A stretch of 62,381 nucleotides of DNA from assembly GCA_963810095.1 (NCBI GenBank), contig CAWEMM010000005.1, positions 1 to 62,381 of the forward strand, written 5' to 3'. This document shows, in pieces, positions 31,731 through 42,784 of the stretch. The translations under genes and the position numbers were made by a program. Within the stretch, counting starts at the first letter, position 1. Each line of letters starts with the position of its first letter. This DNA is from an uncultured Chloroflexia bacterium (GTDB lineage Bacteria > Chloroflexota > Anaerolineae > CG2-30-64-16). Under the pieces are notes generated by a model. That model did no database searches. It was not told the origin of the DNA and worked only from the letters and a program-made list of their open reading frames with translations.

Positions 31731-31750
31731 CTCAAAATAAGGAGGATCGC

Positions 31751-32689
31751 ATGACACAGTCTTCCATCAACGCGGTGGCCGTTGGGCAGGACGCGGGCCG
31801 GACTCCGCAAATCGGGCGCAGGATTCTCATTCTGGTTGCCTGGGTAGGAACCCTGCTCCTGAGCCAACTCCCGCTCGTGATCGCTCGCAACCTGCTGGGA
31901 GCCGATATCCCTAGGATCACTCTCGCCTGGCTGATCACGGTCGCACTGCTCGTCGTCGTCACGTCTGCCTGGCGCGCCGTCGCACCCTTGCGGCGGTATT
32001 TCTTGGTTATGGGGTTGATCATCTTGTTCGCTTACGGGATTCCCCCACTCGTGACTCAGAGCGCGCCCTGGCGCCTCTGGTTTGGCGAGGCGCCCGTCAT
32101 GGTCAGCATGCTCGGCACGCGGCGCCTGCTCACCGTCGAAACGCTGATCGTGCTGGCTGTAGTGCTGAGAATGGGCTTGAGCCGAAAGGAATTGTTCCTG
32201 CGTACCGGCGATATGAACGCGCCGGCTATCAGCATCAGCCTGGCTGGAAGCAGGCGAACGCTGGGCTGGGGAGTCTTCGGGACCATCATGGCACTGCTGC
32301 TCGCAGGCCTGGTGCTCTTCTTCCTGACGTCTGGCAGGCCAGGCGGCCTGTCGGGACTGACCAGGGCGCTTCCCTGGTTGCCACTGATCCTGCTGAACGC
32401 CCTGTTGAATGCCTTCGCAGAAGAAGGGATGTACCGAGCGGCGCCCCTGGGGCTCCTGAACGGTGTAGTGGGAGGGCGCCAGGCGGTGTGGCTCACGGCT
32501 GTCTGGTTTGGCCTGGGCCACTATTACGGCGGTATACCTTCTGGTCCAACCGGTTTTGTCATGACGGGGCTACTCGGCCTGCTCCTGGGCAAGGCGATGC
32601 TAGACACGCGCGGAATGGGCTGGTCACTGATCATCCATACCTGTATTGACTCGGTGATTTTTACCGTTCTCGCCGCCGGATTGAGATGA
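31751..32689 (+). CDS. CPBP (CAAX/Abi) intramembrane metalloprotease
   Basis: EEGMYRA, FGLGHY, IIH...D motifs; multi-TM; RBS AAGGAGG. Confidence 0.88.
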   Translation: MTQSSINAVAVGQDAGRTPQIGRRILILVAWVGTLLLSQLPLVIARNLLGADIPRITLAWLITVALLVVVTSAWRAVAPLRRYFLVMGLIILFAYGIPPLVTQSAPWRLWFGEAPVMVSMLGTRRLLTVETLIVLAVVLRMGLSRKELFLRTGDMNAPAISISLAGSRRTLGWGVFGTIMALLLAGLVLFFLTSGRPGGLSGLTRALPWLPLILLNALLNAFAEEGMYRAAPLGLLNGVVGGRQAVWLTAVWFGLGHYYGGIPSGPTGFVMTGLLGLLLGKAMLDTRGMGWSLIIHTCIDSVIFTVLAAGLR

Positions 32690-32894
32690 GCGGATCCGCG
32701 TGGGGCCCCGGGCGATGGGCATAAGGCTGAGAGACGGGCGCATAGGACAGGGCCGTCGCGGTGGGGCGGCCGACACCTAGCCCCTCGTCGTCAATCAGCT
32801 CGTTATCATCGTAAAGTACTGGCTCGGCGGCGAGCGATGGTCGCAGAAAGCAGGCGACCTGCAGAACCGCGCGGGACGGGTCGTGGCAAGTTCG

Positions 32895-33452
32895 CTACGC
32901 GAGGAGCGCGATGCCAATCAGCAGCGGTACGAAGAGGTGTAGGGCCGGATAGTACATGTCGCGCCGGCTGAACACCAAAACGACAGCCAACCAGGCAATA
33001 TTCCAGAGGATACTCAGCCATCCGATCCATGTCATAGTAGCCCGTGCCTGAAGCAGGGCAGCTCCGATGACTGCTTGCGCCAGGAATGCCATCACGACAT
33101 AGACGGAAGTGAGATAGTGGACCTTGTCGTAGCCTGACGCCAGGGTCATGGCCTCCGCGACCACAACCAGGATCGCGCCGAAGAAGTATGCGCTGGCGCC
33201 GATATCTGCCACGGCTGCGCCCTCGGAATTCCCCAGCATCCTGTCAAGCAGCACGAATCCGATCGCGGTCAGTGCCGCGGCGGCCAGAATGAAACTCCGC
33301 TCGACCACGTAATGCCCGTGCGTCTTGGGTACCCCGCCTCGGTGACCGCCTCGAAGGCCAAACATCAGCAGTACGGGTACACCCGCCAGACTCCCGAGAA
33401 TGAGCAGTACGCCCGCCTCGGTCGCGAGACTCCAATTACCCAGGTCTGTCAT
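32895..33452 (-). CDS. Hypothetical membrane protein
   Basis: 185-aa hydrophobic ORF after GAAGGA RBS, downstream of the PEP-utilising gene. Confidence 0.55.
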   Translation of the reverse strand: MTDLGNWSLATEAGVLLILGSLAGVPVLLMFGLRGGHRGGVPKTHGHYVVERSFILAAAALTAIGFVLLDRMLGNSEGAAVADIGASAYFFGAILVVVAEAMTLASGYDKVHYLTSVYVVMAFLAQAVIGAALLQARATMTWIGWLSILWNIAWLAVVLVFSRRDMYYPALHLFVPLLIGIALLA

Positions 33453-33559
33453 CGCCAAAGTCCTTCTCAGCTCAAGACCGGTAAAGAGTGATCGACGTTT
33501 CCCCCTGGCCCTGCCTGGACCACGAAGGCTGAGCCTCCGTGGTCCATGCCCACTCACAC

Positions 33560-36126
33560 TCACTGTTGATGCAGCACTTCCACTGCCCCGGCCGTCCCAT
33601 CCACGGTGACCATCTGTCCATCCCGCAGCAACCGCGTGGCGTTGCCGGTTGCGACCACGGCAGGCACGCGGTATTCGCGGGCGATGATCGCCGGGTGCGA
33701 GAGGATCCCGCCGGTGTCGGTTACCAGCGCGCCCACACTCGGGAAGAGCACTGACCAAACCGGCGACGTGACCGGGCAGACCAGGACATCGCCCGCCTGC
33801 ACCTTCGCGAACTCGGCCTCACCCATCACGATCCGTACCGGGCCGGTGTAGGAGCCGGCGGATGCCGCGATGCCCCGTACGACGCTGCTCTTCACCTGCA
33901 ATTGCTGGCTCTGCTCCGGGGCAAGGATGTGGCTCATGGTCCACAACAGCGCCTCCATCGCAAACCGGGCCTCGGGAGGCAGCGCAGCGAACGACGGAGG
34001 CGCGCCCGGATCCTTGCCGTAGGTGGCGGGGCCAGGGTGCGCTTCCACCCACGCCCGCTCACCCTTGCGCCGCGTCACTAGCGCCTGGAGCATGCCGTCC
34101 GAGCCGGCTGTGGGCCGGCCAGTCCGCCTTGCAGCGCGGCTCGAGCCTCGTCCATCTCGAGGAAGAAGACATCTGCCGGCGCTGCAATCGCGCGGCGCCG
34201 CGCCAGGCGCCTGCCCGACTCGAGCACGGCGTAGCGCACGAGCGCCATGGGGGCACTGACCGTGTAGAACTCGTTGTCTTCTCGAACCGGATATGCCCGC
34301 TGTGCGCGCGCCAGGGCGCGTTCGAAGCGTTGCCGGTCTGCGGCTGACCGCCCGGCAAGCGCCGCCCGCGCGGCTGCCTCTGCCGCTGTCCGCTGCCGTG
34401 CCGCTGCTTCGTCGCCGGCCGACGGATCGTAGCCACGAGCCACCTGATCACGGATGAGATTAAGGATCAGGACGGGCGTCTCCGACAGCGTCGGCATCGG
34501 CCACTTCATAGCGTAAGCAGCGACAGCCGTACTCGCGCTGGAATGTCGCGAACGCCGCCGCCAAATGCCGCGTCTGTGTCGGCGATCCGGCCCGCCACGT
34601 CTTCATCTATGCGTTCAAGGAGGCGGCGCACGGCAGGTTTCTGTTGGGCCATCCGCGCGAGCTCGGCCAACGCCCGGGCCGGCTCCGTGGACTTGTACGA
34701 CAGCCCGTTCAGCATGTGGAACGCCCTCGGCTCGTCCCACCCCAGGAGCTCGCGGCAAGTGAAGGCAAATTCGGCGAGCACGAGGCCCACCGCGCCGTGC
34801 AGCAGAAAGTGAATGCCGAAGCCGTATTGGAAATGGTCGACAGTCCGGCCGAGGTGCTCGTCCAACTCCGTGTCTGACAGTTCGGCGAGAGCGACGTCGC
34901 GTAGCTCGGCGCCACGCGCCGCGAGCTCGGGCTGCCACTGCTCGTACCACTCCTCGATAAATCGGCCAGGCTTATCGGCCCGCATGGCCGCGACCGAGTC
35001 TTGGATGCGGCGGCGCATGGGCGGCACCAAACGGGTCAGCAGGGGCATGCGCCCAGGCGGGCGGCGCTGGGCGGTCCTTGCCGCCGAGCGGGACGAGGCG
35101 GGCATACTCCCAACCGCCGATCTGCTGCATCTCGAGCCCGTCTGCCAGGAACCCGAACTCGTCGAACATCCGCTTGAGCGCGGCGTTGCGTGGCTGGAAT
35201 GCAATTGAGCCGTTCATCGGGCTCCACGGCACCGGAGCGTGGCTGGCTTCCCGCTGCCAGAAGCCCGGCGGCGGCTCGACCGGCACCGCGACCGGCTCGA
35301 CAGGTGGGGCAGTCAGGGTGGTGATGGGACGCGCCTGCAGCAGAAACGGCTGGCCGTCGAGCAGCGCCCACTCGACATCCTGGGGCACGCCGCCGAAATG
35401 CGCTTCGACCTGTCGCGCAAGCCGGGCCACGGCTCGCGCCTGGTCGGCGTCTATCGCACCCTCCGGCGCGACCCGAGCGACGGCCTCATCCCCGCGCACC
35501 ACCCACTCGTCAGGGGACGCCTCACCTGACACCAGGCGCTCGCCGAGCCCGCAGACCGCGCTGACGATCGTTTCGCTGCGATCTCCCGAGACCGGGTTCA
35601 CGGTGAAGGCCACACCCGCGGCCTCGGCCGGCACCAGCCGCTGCACCAGCACCGCGATGCCGTGCGTCCCGTTCTGCCCGTGCGCCGTGCGATAGGCTGA
35701 GAGGTGGCGGCTGAAAGCCGAGGCCCACACGCGACGCACCGCGTCCGCGACAGCGTGTGGACCGCGCACATCCAATACCGTCTCGTATTGACCCGCGAAG
35801 GAGGCATTCTCTAAGTCTTCGGCCATGCCGGAGGAGCGGACGGCGAGCGGGCACTCGCAAAGAGCGAGGGTGGCGTCCCTCAGCGCCTGGGCGATGTCTG
35901 GCGGCAGTGCCGCGGCGAGCACGGCTTCGCTGGACGCCTGCGGCATGCGACTGTCTAGGCCCAGCCGGTTGGCGGCCATGAAACGCTGATAGGCCGCGGT
36001 CGTAAGCACGAATCCCTCCGGGACGGGGAATCCGGCCCGGGCCAATTCGCCGAGGCTGGCGCTCTTGGCGCCCGGCCCACGGCCTGTCGTCCAGAGACAA
36101 CTCGCTGAGGCTGACGATGTAGTCAC
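33560..36126 (-). CDS. PEP-utilising dikinase with rifampin-phosphotransferase-like architecture, several frameshifts
   Basis: GAKSASLGEL, AVRSSG.AED, SFAGQYET, QDVEWA, LLQARPIT; C-terminal GGILSHPAIIAREYRVPAV; pieces at 34972-36126, 34506-35204, 34078-34509 and 33560-34093. Confidence 0.82.
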
Positions 36127-36833
36127 TCCGCGAGAGACTGCTCGGCAAATGCTGAACTACCACTTGAACCCCCTGCTGCCTGGCTGTGTAGGCTGACAGG
36201 GTGCTGGCCGTCCCCGCCTGATCCGCGGCTCGCGCCGCGCCAAAAATCACCGCCGCAGAGCGCCTTGAAGACCTCAGCGAATTTCCATACATCCACTTTC
36301 GGATCCAACGTCTTGTGGACCATCAGGCCGCCAGCTGCGGCCACGAACAACTGCGCCACATCCCTCGGCCCCAGGGCCGGGTTGATCTCGCCACGGGCCT
36401 GGCCCAGGCGAATCAGGTCCGCGATCCCTGTTATCAGCTCATTCCAGCGTGCCAGGATGCTTTCCCTGACCTCCGGGTTGCTCAGACCCTCGCCGTAGAG
36501 CTGCACAAAGAGCGCAATCTCCGGCTCGGCCCGGTCAATCCGCACCATGTAGAGATCCACGAGCAGGTCGATGGCTTCCAGAGTATTATCCTTCTCAAGC
36601 AAGGCCTGCAACATGGCCGCGCGCACGCCGCTGCGCGCGACGCCGCTCGCCTTGATGACCTCTTCCTTGCTGGCAAAGTAGCGGTAGATGGCCCCTGGGC
36701 TGATCCCGGCCTCGCCCGCAATGTCAGCCATGGTCGTCTGGTGGAAGCCGTTGCGCGCAAAGCAAGCGATCGCTGCTTCAAGAATTTCCTCCCGCCGGGC
36801 CTCCAGGTAAGCCTCTGTGACTTTGGCCACCAC
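36123..36833 (-). CDS. TetR/AcrR family regulator
   Basis: RREEILEAAIACFARNGFHQTTMADIA...GAIYRYFASKEE. Confidence 0.92.
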   Translation of the reverse strand: MVAKVTEAYLEARREEILEAAIACFARNGFHQTTMADIAGEAGISPGAIYRYFASKEEVIKASGVARSGVRAAMLQALLEKDNTLEAIDLLVDLYMVRIDRAEPEIALFVQLYGEGLSNPEVRESILARWNELITGIADLIRLGQARGEINPALGPRDVAQLFVAAAGGLMVHKTLDPKVDVWKFAEVFKALCGGDFWRGASRGSGGDGQHPVSLHSQAAGGSSGSSAFAEQSLAE

Positions 36834-36850
36834 TCGCCTCCTCAGACGGA

Positions 36851-36915
36851 AAATGAATAAACGTTAATTCATTTATTTATATCATGCTTATAGTACAATT
36901 TCCCTGCGCTGTCAA
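36851..36915 (-). promoter_or_regulatory. Sigma70 promoter and palindromic TetR operator
   Basis: TTGACA-N17-TATAAG (36915-36887); AAATGAAT-N8-ATTCATTT at 36851-36874. Confidence 0.75.
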
Positions 36916-37157
36916 TACCCAATTTTGTGTGTGCGGCACAGGGGCGCCAGCGCGAAGGGAGCGAAGCCCCTCGCAAAACACGAACACCGGCAGGCTCAAC
37001 GACGCAGCGAGCCGACCGAAAGGCGGCTCGTGTGGATCGAGCGAGAGTTGGCGATTGAGGCGCAGTGCGGTTGGCGAGGAGTCAAATGTGTGCCGAAGGC
37101 AGACGAAATGAGTCGCGATGGGCCTGTCTTCCGGGGCAAGTCACGGCGCGAGCACGA

Positions 37158-37751
37158 TCAACTCTCGGTTGTGATTGCGCCTGCCCGCTGGTAATTTACG
37201 ACAATCACGCCCTTAGGGGTCACTGTGCTCTCCGTCACCTTGAAGGCCAGGGGGATTGTGCCGTCGGCAAACAGGCGCTTGCCAACGCCGAACGTTATCG
37301 GATATATCATCAGCCAGAAGGCATCGACCAGATCATGTCTGATAAGCGTCTGACTGAGATTACTACTTCCCCAGACATGCAGTTCCGGCCCTTGCTGTTG
37401 CTTGATCTTGGCGACTTTGTCCGCAACGTCTCCATCCAGGAATACCGACACCTGCCATTCGTGAGAAGTCATGGTGTTCGAGGCGACGTACTTGGTCGCC
37501 GTGTTGACGCCCGGCCAGGCGTCGCCGTGTTGCGGCCAGTACGACGCCCAGATTTCGAAGGTCTTACGCCCTAACAACAGGTCGAACGGCATGTTCATCT
37601 GCTTGCCAAGTACCGTTCCAAGAACAGGGTCGGAGTATGGCGCGATCCATCCCCCATACGCGAAGCCGCCGCTGGTATCTTCGTCGGGCCCGCCTGGGGC
37701 TTGTATGACACCGTCAATTGAAATGTGTTCGAGCACGGTGACTTTTCTCAT
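37158..37751 (-). CDS. Dihydrofolate reductase-like (RibD C-terminal) protein
   Basis: ISIDGVIQAPGG, LLGRKTF, VWGS, GVGKRLF. Confidence 0.88.
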   Translation of the reverse strand: MRKVTVLEHISIDGVIQAPGGPDEDTSGGFAYGGWIAPYSDPVLGTVLGKQMNMPFDLLLGRKTFEIWASYWPQHGDAWPGVNTATKYVASNTMTSHEWQVSVFLDGDVADKVAKIKQQQGPELHVWGSSNLSQTLIRHDLVDAFWLMIYPITFGVGKRLFADGTIPLAFKVTESTVTPKGVIVVNYQRAGAITTES

Positions 37752-37826
37752 GAGTGAGTTCCTCCGATATCCGGATTGCTGTCTGGTTGCCTCGTTCAAC
37801 CCAGGCAAACAACCTGTAGGACGAAA

Positions 37827-38291
37827 CTATTTGATCCGCGTGAAGATTTCCTCGAGGTCCTCCTCCCACGGTCCCCCATCGCGCGACATTTCGCCCTTGG
37901 CGGTCATCCTGCTGCCATCCGCTTCGATCGTCATGACGAAGCGCTGGGAGAAGCTGGGCTGATTGCGCCACCATCTCAGCTCATTGCCCACCATGGCGAC
38001 CTCGTAGATCCTGGAAACCCCGCGTTCGTCGAAGTAGATCATACTGAACTTCCTGGCCGCGTCGTCGCTGCCGAAAATGGCGACGCCGTGCGGGACGTGC
38101 GGCTCGTCAATCTCGGAGCGCATGATCAGAAAAGCCCCACCCGCGAGCCACTCAAACGAGGCACGGCCCCGAAGGACCGCGCCGGGCAGGAGGGGATGCG
38201 ACGCGGTGATGTCCCATTCGCCGACAAAAACCTGGAAGGGTTTGAGCGCACGGTTTGGTTGTAGTGCCTTCATTCCGATGTTCGGTGCCAT
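37827..38291 (-). CDS. Hypothetical beta-barrel protein (DUF1579-like)
   Basis: FVGEW, FEWLAGGAFL, YFDERGVSR, WEEDL. Confidence 0.6.
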   Translation of the reverse strand: MAPNIGMKALQPNRALKPFQVFVGEWDITASHPLLPGAVLRGRASFEWLAGGAFLIMRSEIDEPHVPHGVAIFGSDDAARKFSMIYFDERGVSRIYEVAMVGNELRWWRNQPSFSQRFVMTIEADGSRMTAKGEMSRDGGPWEEDLEEIFTRIK

Positions 38292-38440
38292 GTCCTTGAT
38301 TGTTGCACACCTAACCAGGAGTGTCAATCACCACCGGCTTTCCTTTTGAGCAGAGGTTCGGGGCGGCCCGGTCAACGGGAGTTCGTGGAGCACACCCACG
38401 GATCTTGGTCCGCCGACTTCAAAGGCCGCCCCGAACGGGT

Positions 38441-38798
38441 TCACATGGGCGTTACCAACTGGAAGTAGTTGCCATCCGGGTCGGCCAGCGTGGCGATCCA
38501 GCCGCCGCCCATCTCGTACGGTTCCTGGATCACGGTCGCGCCGGCAGCCTTGATCCGCTCGAACTCTTCCTTGACCTGCGATGTCTCCAGGTTGAAGATG
38601 AGGCGGGCCGGTTCTTTCACCGCGTCCTTTCACCTCCGAATGCTGCATGACGGAGAAGGAGGCGCTGCCCACCTGCCAGCCCCAGAAACCCTGCGCGGCA
38701 TCGGACATGTCCGCCGCTTTCCCCAGCACCCTTTCGTAGAAGGCTGCCAACGCCTCGGGCTCCCCGCTCCCGATCATGATCGAATTCAGGTTCAACAT
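38441..38798 (-). CDS. VOC/glyoxalase protein, one frameshift
   Basis: LAAFYERVLG; shifted tail WIATLADPDGNYFQLVTPM*. Confidence 0.75.
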
Positions 38799-38831
38799 CT
38801 TAACACGTCCTTTCTGTCTCTGTCGATCGCA

Positions 38832-40268
38832 CTACGCTGCTGGCGGAACGTTGTGGTTGCGTCGGAAGAAGTTGGTAGGGTCGTAGCGTGTCTTCACCGC
38901 CGCAAGCCGGTCCCACGTTGCTCCAGGGTATGCGGCGCGGAGGCGTTCCTCGCCTTCGTCCGCCATGAAGTTCGCGTAAGCTGCGCGCTCGCCTTGATCC
39001 AGCTCGGCGGCGAACTCCCTCAACCATCGCTCGCTGACCGCGCGGTCCTCGGGCCCGTTGTAAAACGCGCCGAGATTCACCATGATGCGACACTGGCGAT
39101 GCGCGTACGCGGTTGCGTCGACAGGCACGCGCGCCATGGCGCCGCCGAGCACTCGGATCTGTGCGACGCGCATTGACGTGGAGCCCTGCAGGCGGTCGAG
39201 GATCTTGCCGCCCGTCTCGCGATCGACGTGATCCAAATGCATGTTGTAGCCGATGGCAGTCGGGTGGTAGCTGCCCTCGTCGGGTGGGTACATCTCCGGG
39301 TAGCGCATCGGGCGCAGCATGTCGACAACAGGGGTCGCCAACGCGCGGAACGGCGCCAGAACACGCGCGCCTGCCTCGGCGTCTCCCGCATAGACCATGA
39401 AACCCCACAGGATGAGACGGCCGTGCACCTCGGCCGGCAGGAACGGCATGGGGGGCGCGTGCATCACGCTGAAGATGGTGGAAAGATCCTCCGGCGCGGC
39501 CTCGGCCTCGGCGACGAAGCCTGCGATGGTCTCGGGTGTCGCCGGCAGAACGAGCATGCCGCCCACGACCCGGTCAAGGGGCCGCAGACGATACTTGAAA
39601 CGCGTTGCCACGCCAAAGTTGCCGCCACCGCCCCGGATGGCCCAGAAGAGGTCCGGGTGATTCTGCGCGTCGACATACAGGCGCTTGCCGTCTGCGGTTA
39701 CCATCTCCGCGGCGAGCAGGCTGTCGATCGTCATGCCATACTTGCGCACGAGGAAGCCGACGCCTCCGCCGAGCGTGATGCCCCCGATCCCCACGGATCC
39801 GGTGTCGCCGAACCCGACCGCCAGGCCGTACGCGTCGGCCGCTTTCGTGAACTCGGCCGTTGTCAGCCCGGTCTCGGCCCAGGCCGTCCGACTCTCGGGA
39901 TCGATCTGCAGGGCCCGCATCTCTTTGAGGTCGATCACGAGGCCCCCATCCGACAGGCCATAGCCGGCCAGGCTGTGACCGCCGCTGCGGACCGCAAGCT
40001 CGAGACCCGCTCCGCGCGCCAGCAGGATTGCGTGGGCAACGTCGCCGGCATCCGCGACGCGGACGATGGCGGCGGGGCGCGCGTCGATGCCGCCGTAGAA
40101 GACCGTGCGCGCTGCTTCGTACTCCTCGTCGTCAGGCGTGATGACGCGGCCCTTGATCCCGTCCAGCAGTTCGGAGATCGGGAGCCGGCCCCGCAGCGAG
40201 ACGGCGGTGGAGCTGACATCCTGTGAACCGGTTTGTTCAGGACCCGTTGTCCTGTCGGTACGTGCCAT
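38832..40268 (-). CDS. FAD-binding oxidoreductase (VAO/BBE family)
   Basis: VRSGGHS, VGIGGITLGGG, DLFWAIRGGGGNFG, YANF, KTRYDPTNFF. Confidence 0.92.
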   Translation of the reverse strand: MARTDRTTGPEQTGSQDVSSTAVSLRGRLPISELLDGIKGRVITPDDEEYEAARTVFYGGIDARPAAIVRVADAGDVAHAILLARGAGLELAVRSGGHSLAGYGLSDGGLVIDLKEMRALQIDPESRTAWAETGLTTAEFTKAADAYGLAVGFGDTGSVGIGGITLGGGVGFLVRKYGMTIDSLLAAEMVTADGKRLYVDAQNHPDLFWAIRGGGGNFGVATRFKYRLRPLDRVVGGMLVLPATPETIAGFVAEAEAAPEDLSTIFSVMHAPPMPFLPAEVHGRLILWGFMVYAGDAEAGARVLAPFRALATPVVDMLRPMRYPEMYPPDEGSYHPTAIGYNMHLDHVDRETGGKILDRLQGSTSMRVAQIRVLGGAMARVPVDATAYAHRQCRIMVNLGAFYNGPEDRAVSERWLREFAAELDQGERAAYANFMADEGEERLRAAYPGATWDRLAAVKTRYDPTNFFRRNHNVPPAA

Positions 40269-40383
40269 GTTCACCCCCTGGGCGCTTGGCTGGCAGCTAA
40301 GGTGCAGCTGACGTGGTAGGCCGGCGGCAACTGCTACAGCCTTTGCTGTGGCTGTTGCGGCGCCGGCCCTCACGTACCGGCGT

Positions 40384-40884
40384 CTACTTCCGCCGGTAGT
40401 GCAACGCCATGAACTCCTGCCACTGCCCGTTCTCGCCGGGCACCCGCGAGCGGAGCACATAGTGGTCGTCGCTGGCAAGCTCGATGATGTCGTGGTAAGT
40501 GGCGCTTCCCTGCCCGGTCATCGATGGGCCTTCCGACTCGAGCGTCAGCACATTGCCGTCCAACGAACCGTGATACACCCACAGAAAAGTCGAGCTCGAG
40601 TCGATGAAGGTCCCGGCGAAGCGCTGCTTCTGCGTGTCGTAGCCTAGCGTCATGATGTTCGAGGGCGCTTCGCCGTCGCCCGGGTCGCCGCGGTCCTCGA
40701 TTATCAACCACAGCGGACCGAACGGCCGCGCCGTGACAGCCCCGCGCATGGTCTGCGCCGGCTGGCCGGGACTCATGAATGCCTGCCCTTCGAACGTCCA
40801 CTCGCCCACCAGCCTGTGCAGCCAGTGGTGCTCTGCCTGCGGTTCTGCCATCGCCATGGACTCCTGTCCTGCATCCTCAGTCAT
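40384..40884 (-). CDS. DUF1579 family protein
   Basis: PQAEHHWLHRLVGEW, LGYD...FAGTFIDS, EGP. Confidence 0.82.
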   Translation of the reverse strand: MTEDAGQESMAMAEPQAEHHWLHRLVGEWTFEGQAFMSPGQPAQTMRGAVTARPFGPLWLIIEDRGDPGDGEAPSNIMTLGYDTQKQRFAGTFIDSSSTFLWVYHGSLDGNVLTLESEGPSMTGQGSATYHDIIELASDDHYVLRSRVPGENGQWQEFMALHYRRK

Positions 40885-41142
40885 CGTGCCTCTCCTCGTC
40901 TCAATACGTCGTGACCTCGCCCGTGCAAGACTGGCACAAACGGGCGTCAATACTAGAACAAATATACCATAACATGCCGGCTCGATCCCGTCAATGCAGG
41001 GAGCGCGCCGGCTGCACCCCCGCCGACGGGAAGCGCCGGCACATCCCCCGGGGTGCCGCGGGGCTACATTGGTTGTCCGGCGCCTCGTCGGGCCCACTGA
41101 CCCGGCGAACCATGCTTGCAGCGAGAAACCCCCTCGCAACAT

Positions 41143-41169
41143 TGTCGTTTCAGGGCGCCCTAATTCGAC
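41143..41169 (+). promoter_or_regulatory. ECF42-type promoter candidate
   Basis: TGTCGT-N17-CGAC within a leader homologous to 28149-28248. Confidence 0.5.
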
Positions 41170-41220
41170 AAGATCGGGCCGCAGAAAAACCGGAATTGTA
41201 TCGAGAGTAGGAGTGCAACC

Positions 41221-41571
41221 ATGATGGTAACCGAAGTAGATCCGGTCGCAGAGCTCGTGCGCAAGCTGTTCGCGGCCTTTCTTGCCGGAGACCGGGCGGC
41301 GCTGGAAGAGATCTTGAGCGACGACTTCACCTTCAACAGCCCGCGCGACGATCACATCGACAGGGCCGAGTACTTCAAGCGGTGTTTTCCACACGGCGAT
41401 CAGTTCCGCTCGCATCACATCGAGCAGCTCTGCACGTCGGGCGACGCGGCGTTTGTGCGCTACCTGGCCGAAACACTGGACGGCAGCAGGTTTCGCAATA
41501 CGGAGTACATCAGGACTGACGGCCACCAGGTCAAGGAGGTCGACGTGTACTTCGGCGGTGCGCCTTCTTAA
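41221..41571 (+). CDS. SnoaL/NTF2-like protein
   Basis: LSDDFTFNSPRDDHIDRAEYFKRC, FRNTE, VDVYFG. Confidence 0.82.
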   Translation: MMVTEVDPVAELVRKLFAAFLAGDRAALEEILSDDFTFNSPRDDHIDRAEYFKRCFPHGDQFRSHHIEQLCTSGDAAFVRYLAETLDGSRFRNTEYIRTDGHQVKEVDVYFGGAPS

Positions 41572-41880
41572 AGAGCGAGAGACAGGAAGCAAATGGCAGC
41601 ACGGCTGCTTCTGTCGACCCAATCGGGCATCGTGATCGCGCAGCGTAGGCAAGCGGATTTAGAACAGGTGGGCCACACCTGGCCGGCGAGCGCGTGACGA
41701 GCATCATCGCACGCGAGGGCGTCGCCCTGGCGGGTACGCACCACGGCGTGCTGCGCTCGGACGACGGCGGCGATGGGTTGCCCCGCTAGCGTCGTTCGCC
41801 TGGCGGCTCTTGCCACAGGTTACCGATGCAACTGTGGCGGCGTGGCTGCAAATGTAAGACAGAGTAAGGGCGACAAGCTC

Positions 41881-41967
41881 ATGGAAACTATCACGACCTA
41901 TCTGTGGTTGGAGGGGGGAGCAACCCAACCAGGAACTGGTTATCTTCCCCAAACGGGCTACCCCTAG
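41881..41967 (+). pseudogene. Short N-terminal remnant of a VOC gene
   Basis: METITTYLW after AGTAAGGGCGACAAGCTC resembles MQTMTTHLW after AGTAAAGGAGAGCAAGCTC at 28283. Confidence 0.45.
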
Positions 41968-41974
41968 CGCGTTC

Positions 41975-42784
41975 TCATGAGTTCGCCGAGCCAAAGGTCG
42001 CCGCGACCGGGTTGTGGTCGCTGAGTGCGCACCAGGCTTCGTCCTCCAGCACCTCGCAGGTCAGCAGCGAGGATGCCCAGGCGGCGGGCACGAACAGGCC
42101 ATCGCAGTGATACGGCAGGGAGTCCTGGCGACGCATCCAGCGCAGTGTGCGCGCCGGGGCCTGGTCAGGATGGACGGCCTGCCAGCAGGGCAGCAGCCCT
42201 AGCTCGTCGCGCAGCCGGGCAAGCAGCGCCCGCTCGCCCGGGCTGTTGTAGAGCGGGTGGTGCTCAGTGCGGAGCGCGACGGCGACATTGAAATCGCCAC
42301 CGAGGACCAGGGGGAGCCCGTCCGCGAGGGCGGGGATGAAATCCAGGATCCGTGCCATTTCCTTAATATAGGAGCTGCCTTTCGCCGTGGGTCCATGGAT
42401 GCTGATGGCGGCGATAGCCGTGCTGCCAACCACCGGCCAGGCCAGCCCTTCTACCGCGGCGGCAACCACCCGCCCGCGATAACCTGGAGGCACCGGAAGC
42501 GGAACCAGCCGGCCGCCGCGGGCGCACAACCCGGTCCCCCAGCGGCCCGAAGCAGCTTCCCACAAGCACTGAACCGGCGGGCTTGTCCCCAACTCGGCCA
42601 GCCACGACTCGGCCGGAGCGCGCGATTCCTGAACGAACAGCAGGTCAGGCGACGGTGCGCCGAGCAACCGCAGCCACAACCCGGGGTCGCGACGGCCACC
42701 CTGGCCAAGGTTATACGTCACCATCCGGAGAGCGCGACTTTCGACGGCGTGCCCATTCGTGTCCTCACCGCCAGCCTGGGTCAT
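41975..42784 (-). CDS. Endonuclease/exonuclease/phosphatase (EEP) family protein
   Basis: VTYN, FVQE, GGDFN, YHCDG, LSDHNP. Confidence 0.85.
   Translation of the reverse strand: MTQAGGEDTNGHAVESRALRMVTYNLGQGGRRDPGLWLRLLGAPSPDLLFVQESRAPAESWLAELGTSPPVQCLWEAASGRWGTGLCARGGRLVPLPVPPGYRGRVVAAAVEGLAWPVVGSTAIAAISIHGPTAKGSSYIKEMARILDFIPALADGLPLVLGGDFNVAVALRTEHHPLYNSPGERALLARLRDELGLLPCWQAVHPDQAPARTLRWMRRQDSLPYHCDGLFVPAAWASSLLTCEVLEDEAWCALSDHNPVAATFGSANS

Noticed and set aside
16771-41975. IS terminal repeats TAG(A/C)(A/G)CGTTCT near 16771, 18601 and 41965
   Set aside because: Too short, all in the same orientation, and no transposase or target duplication
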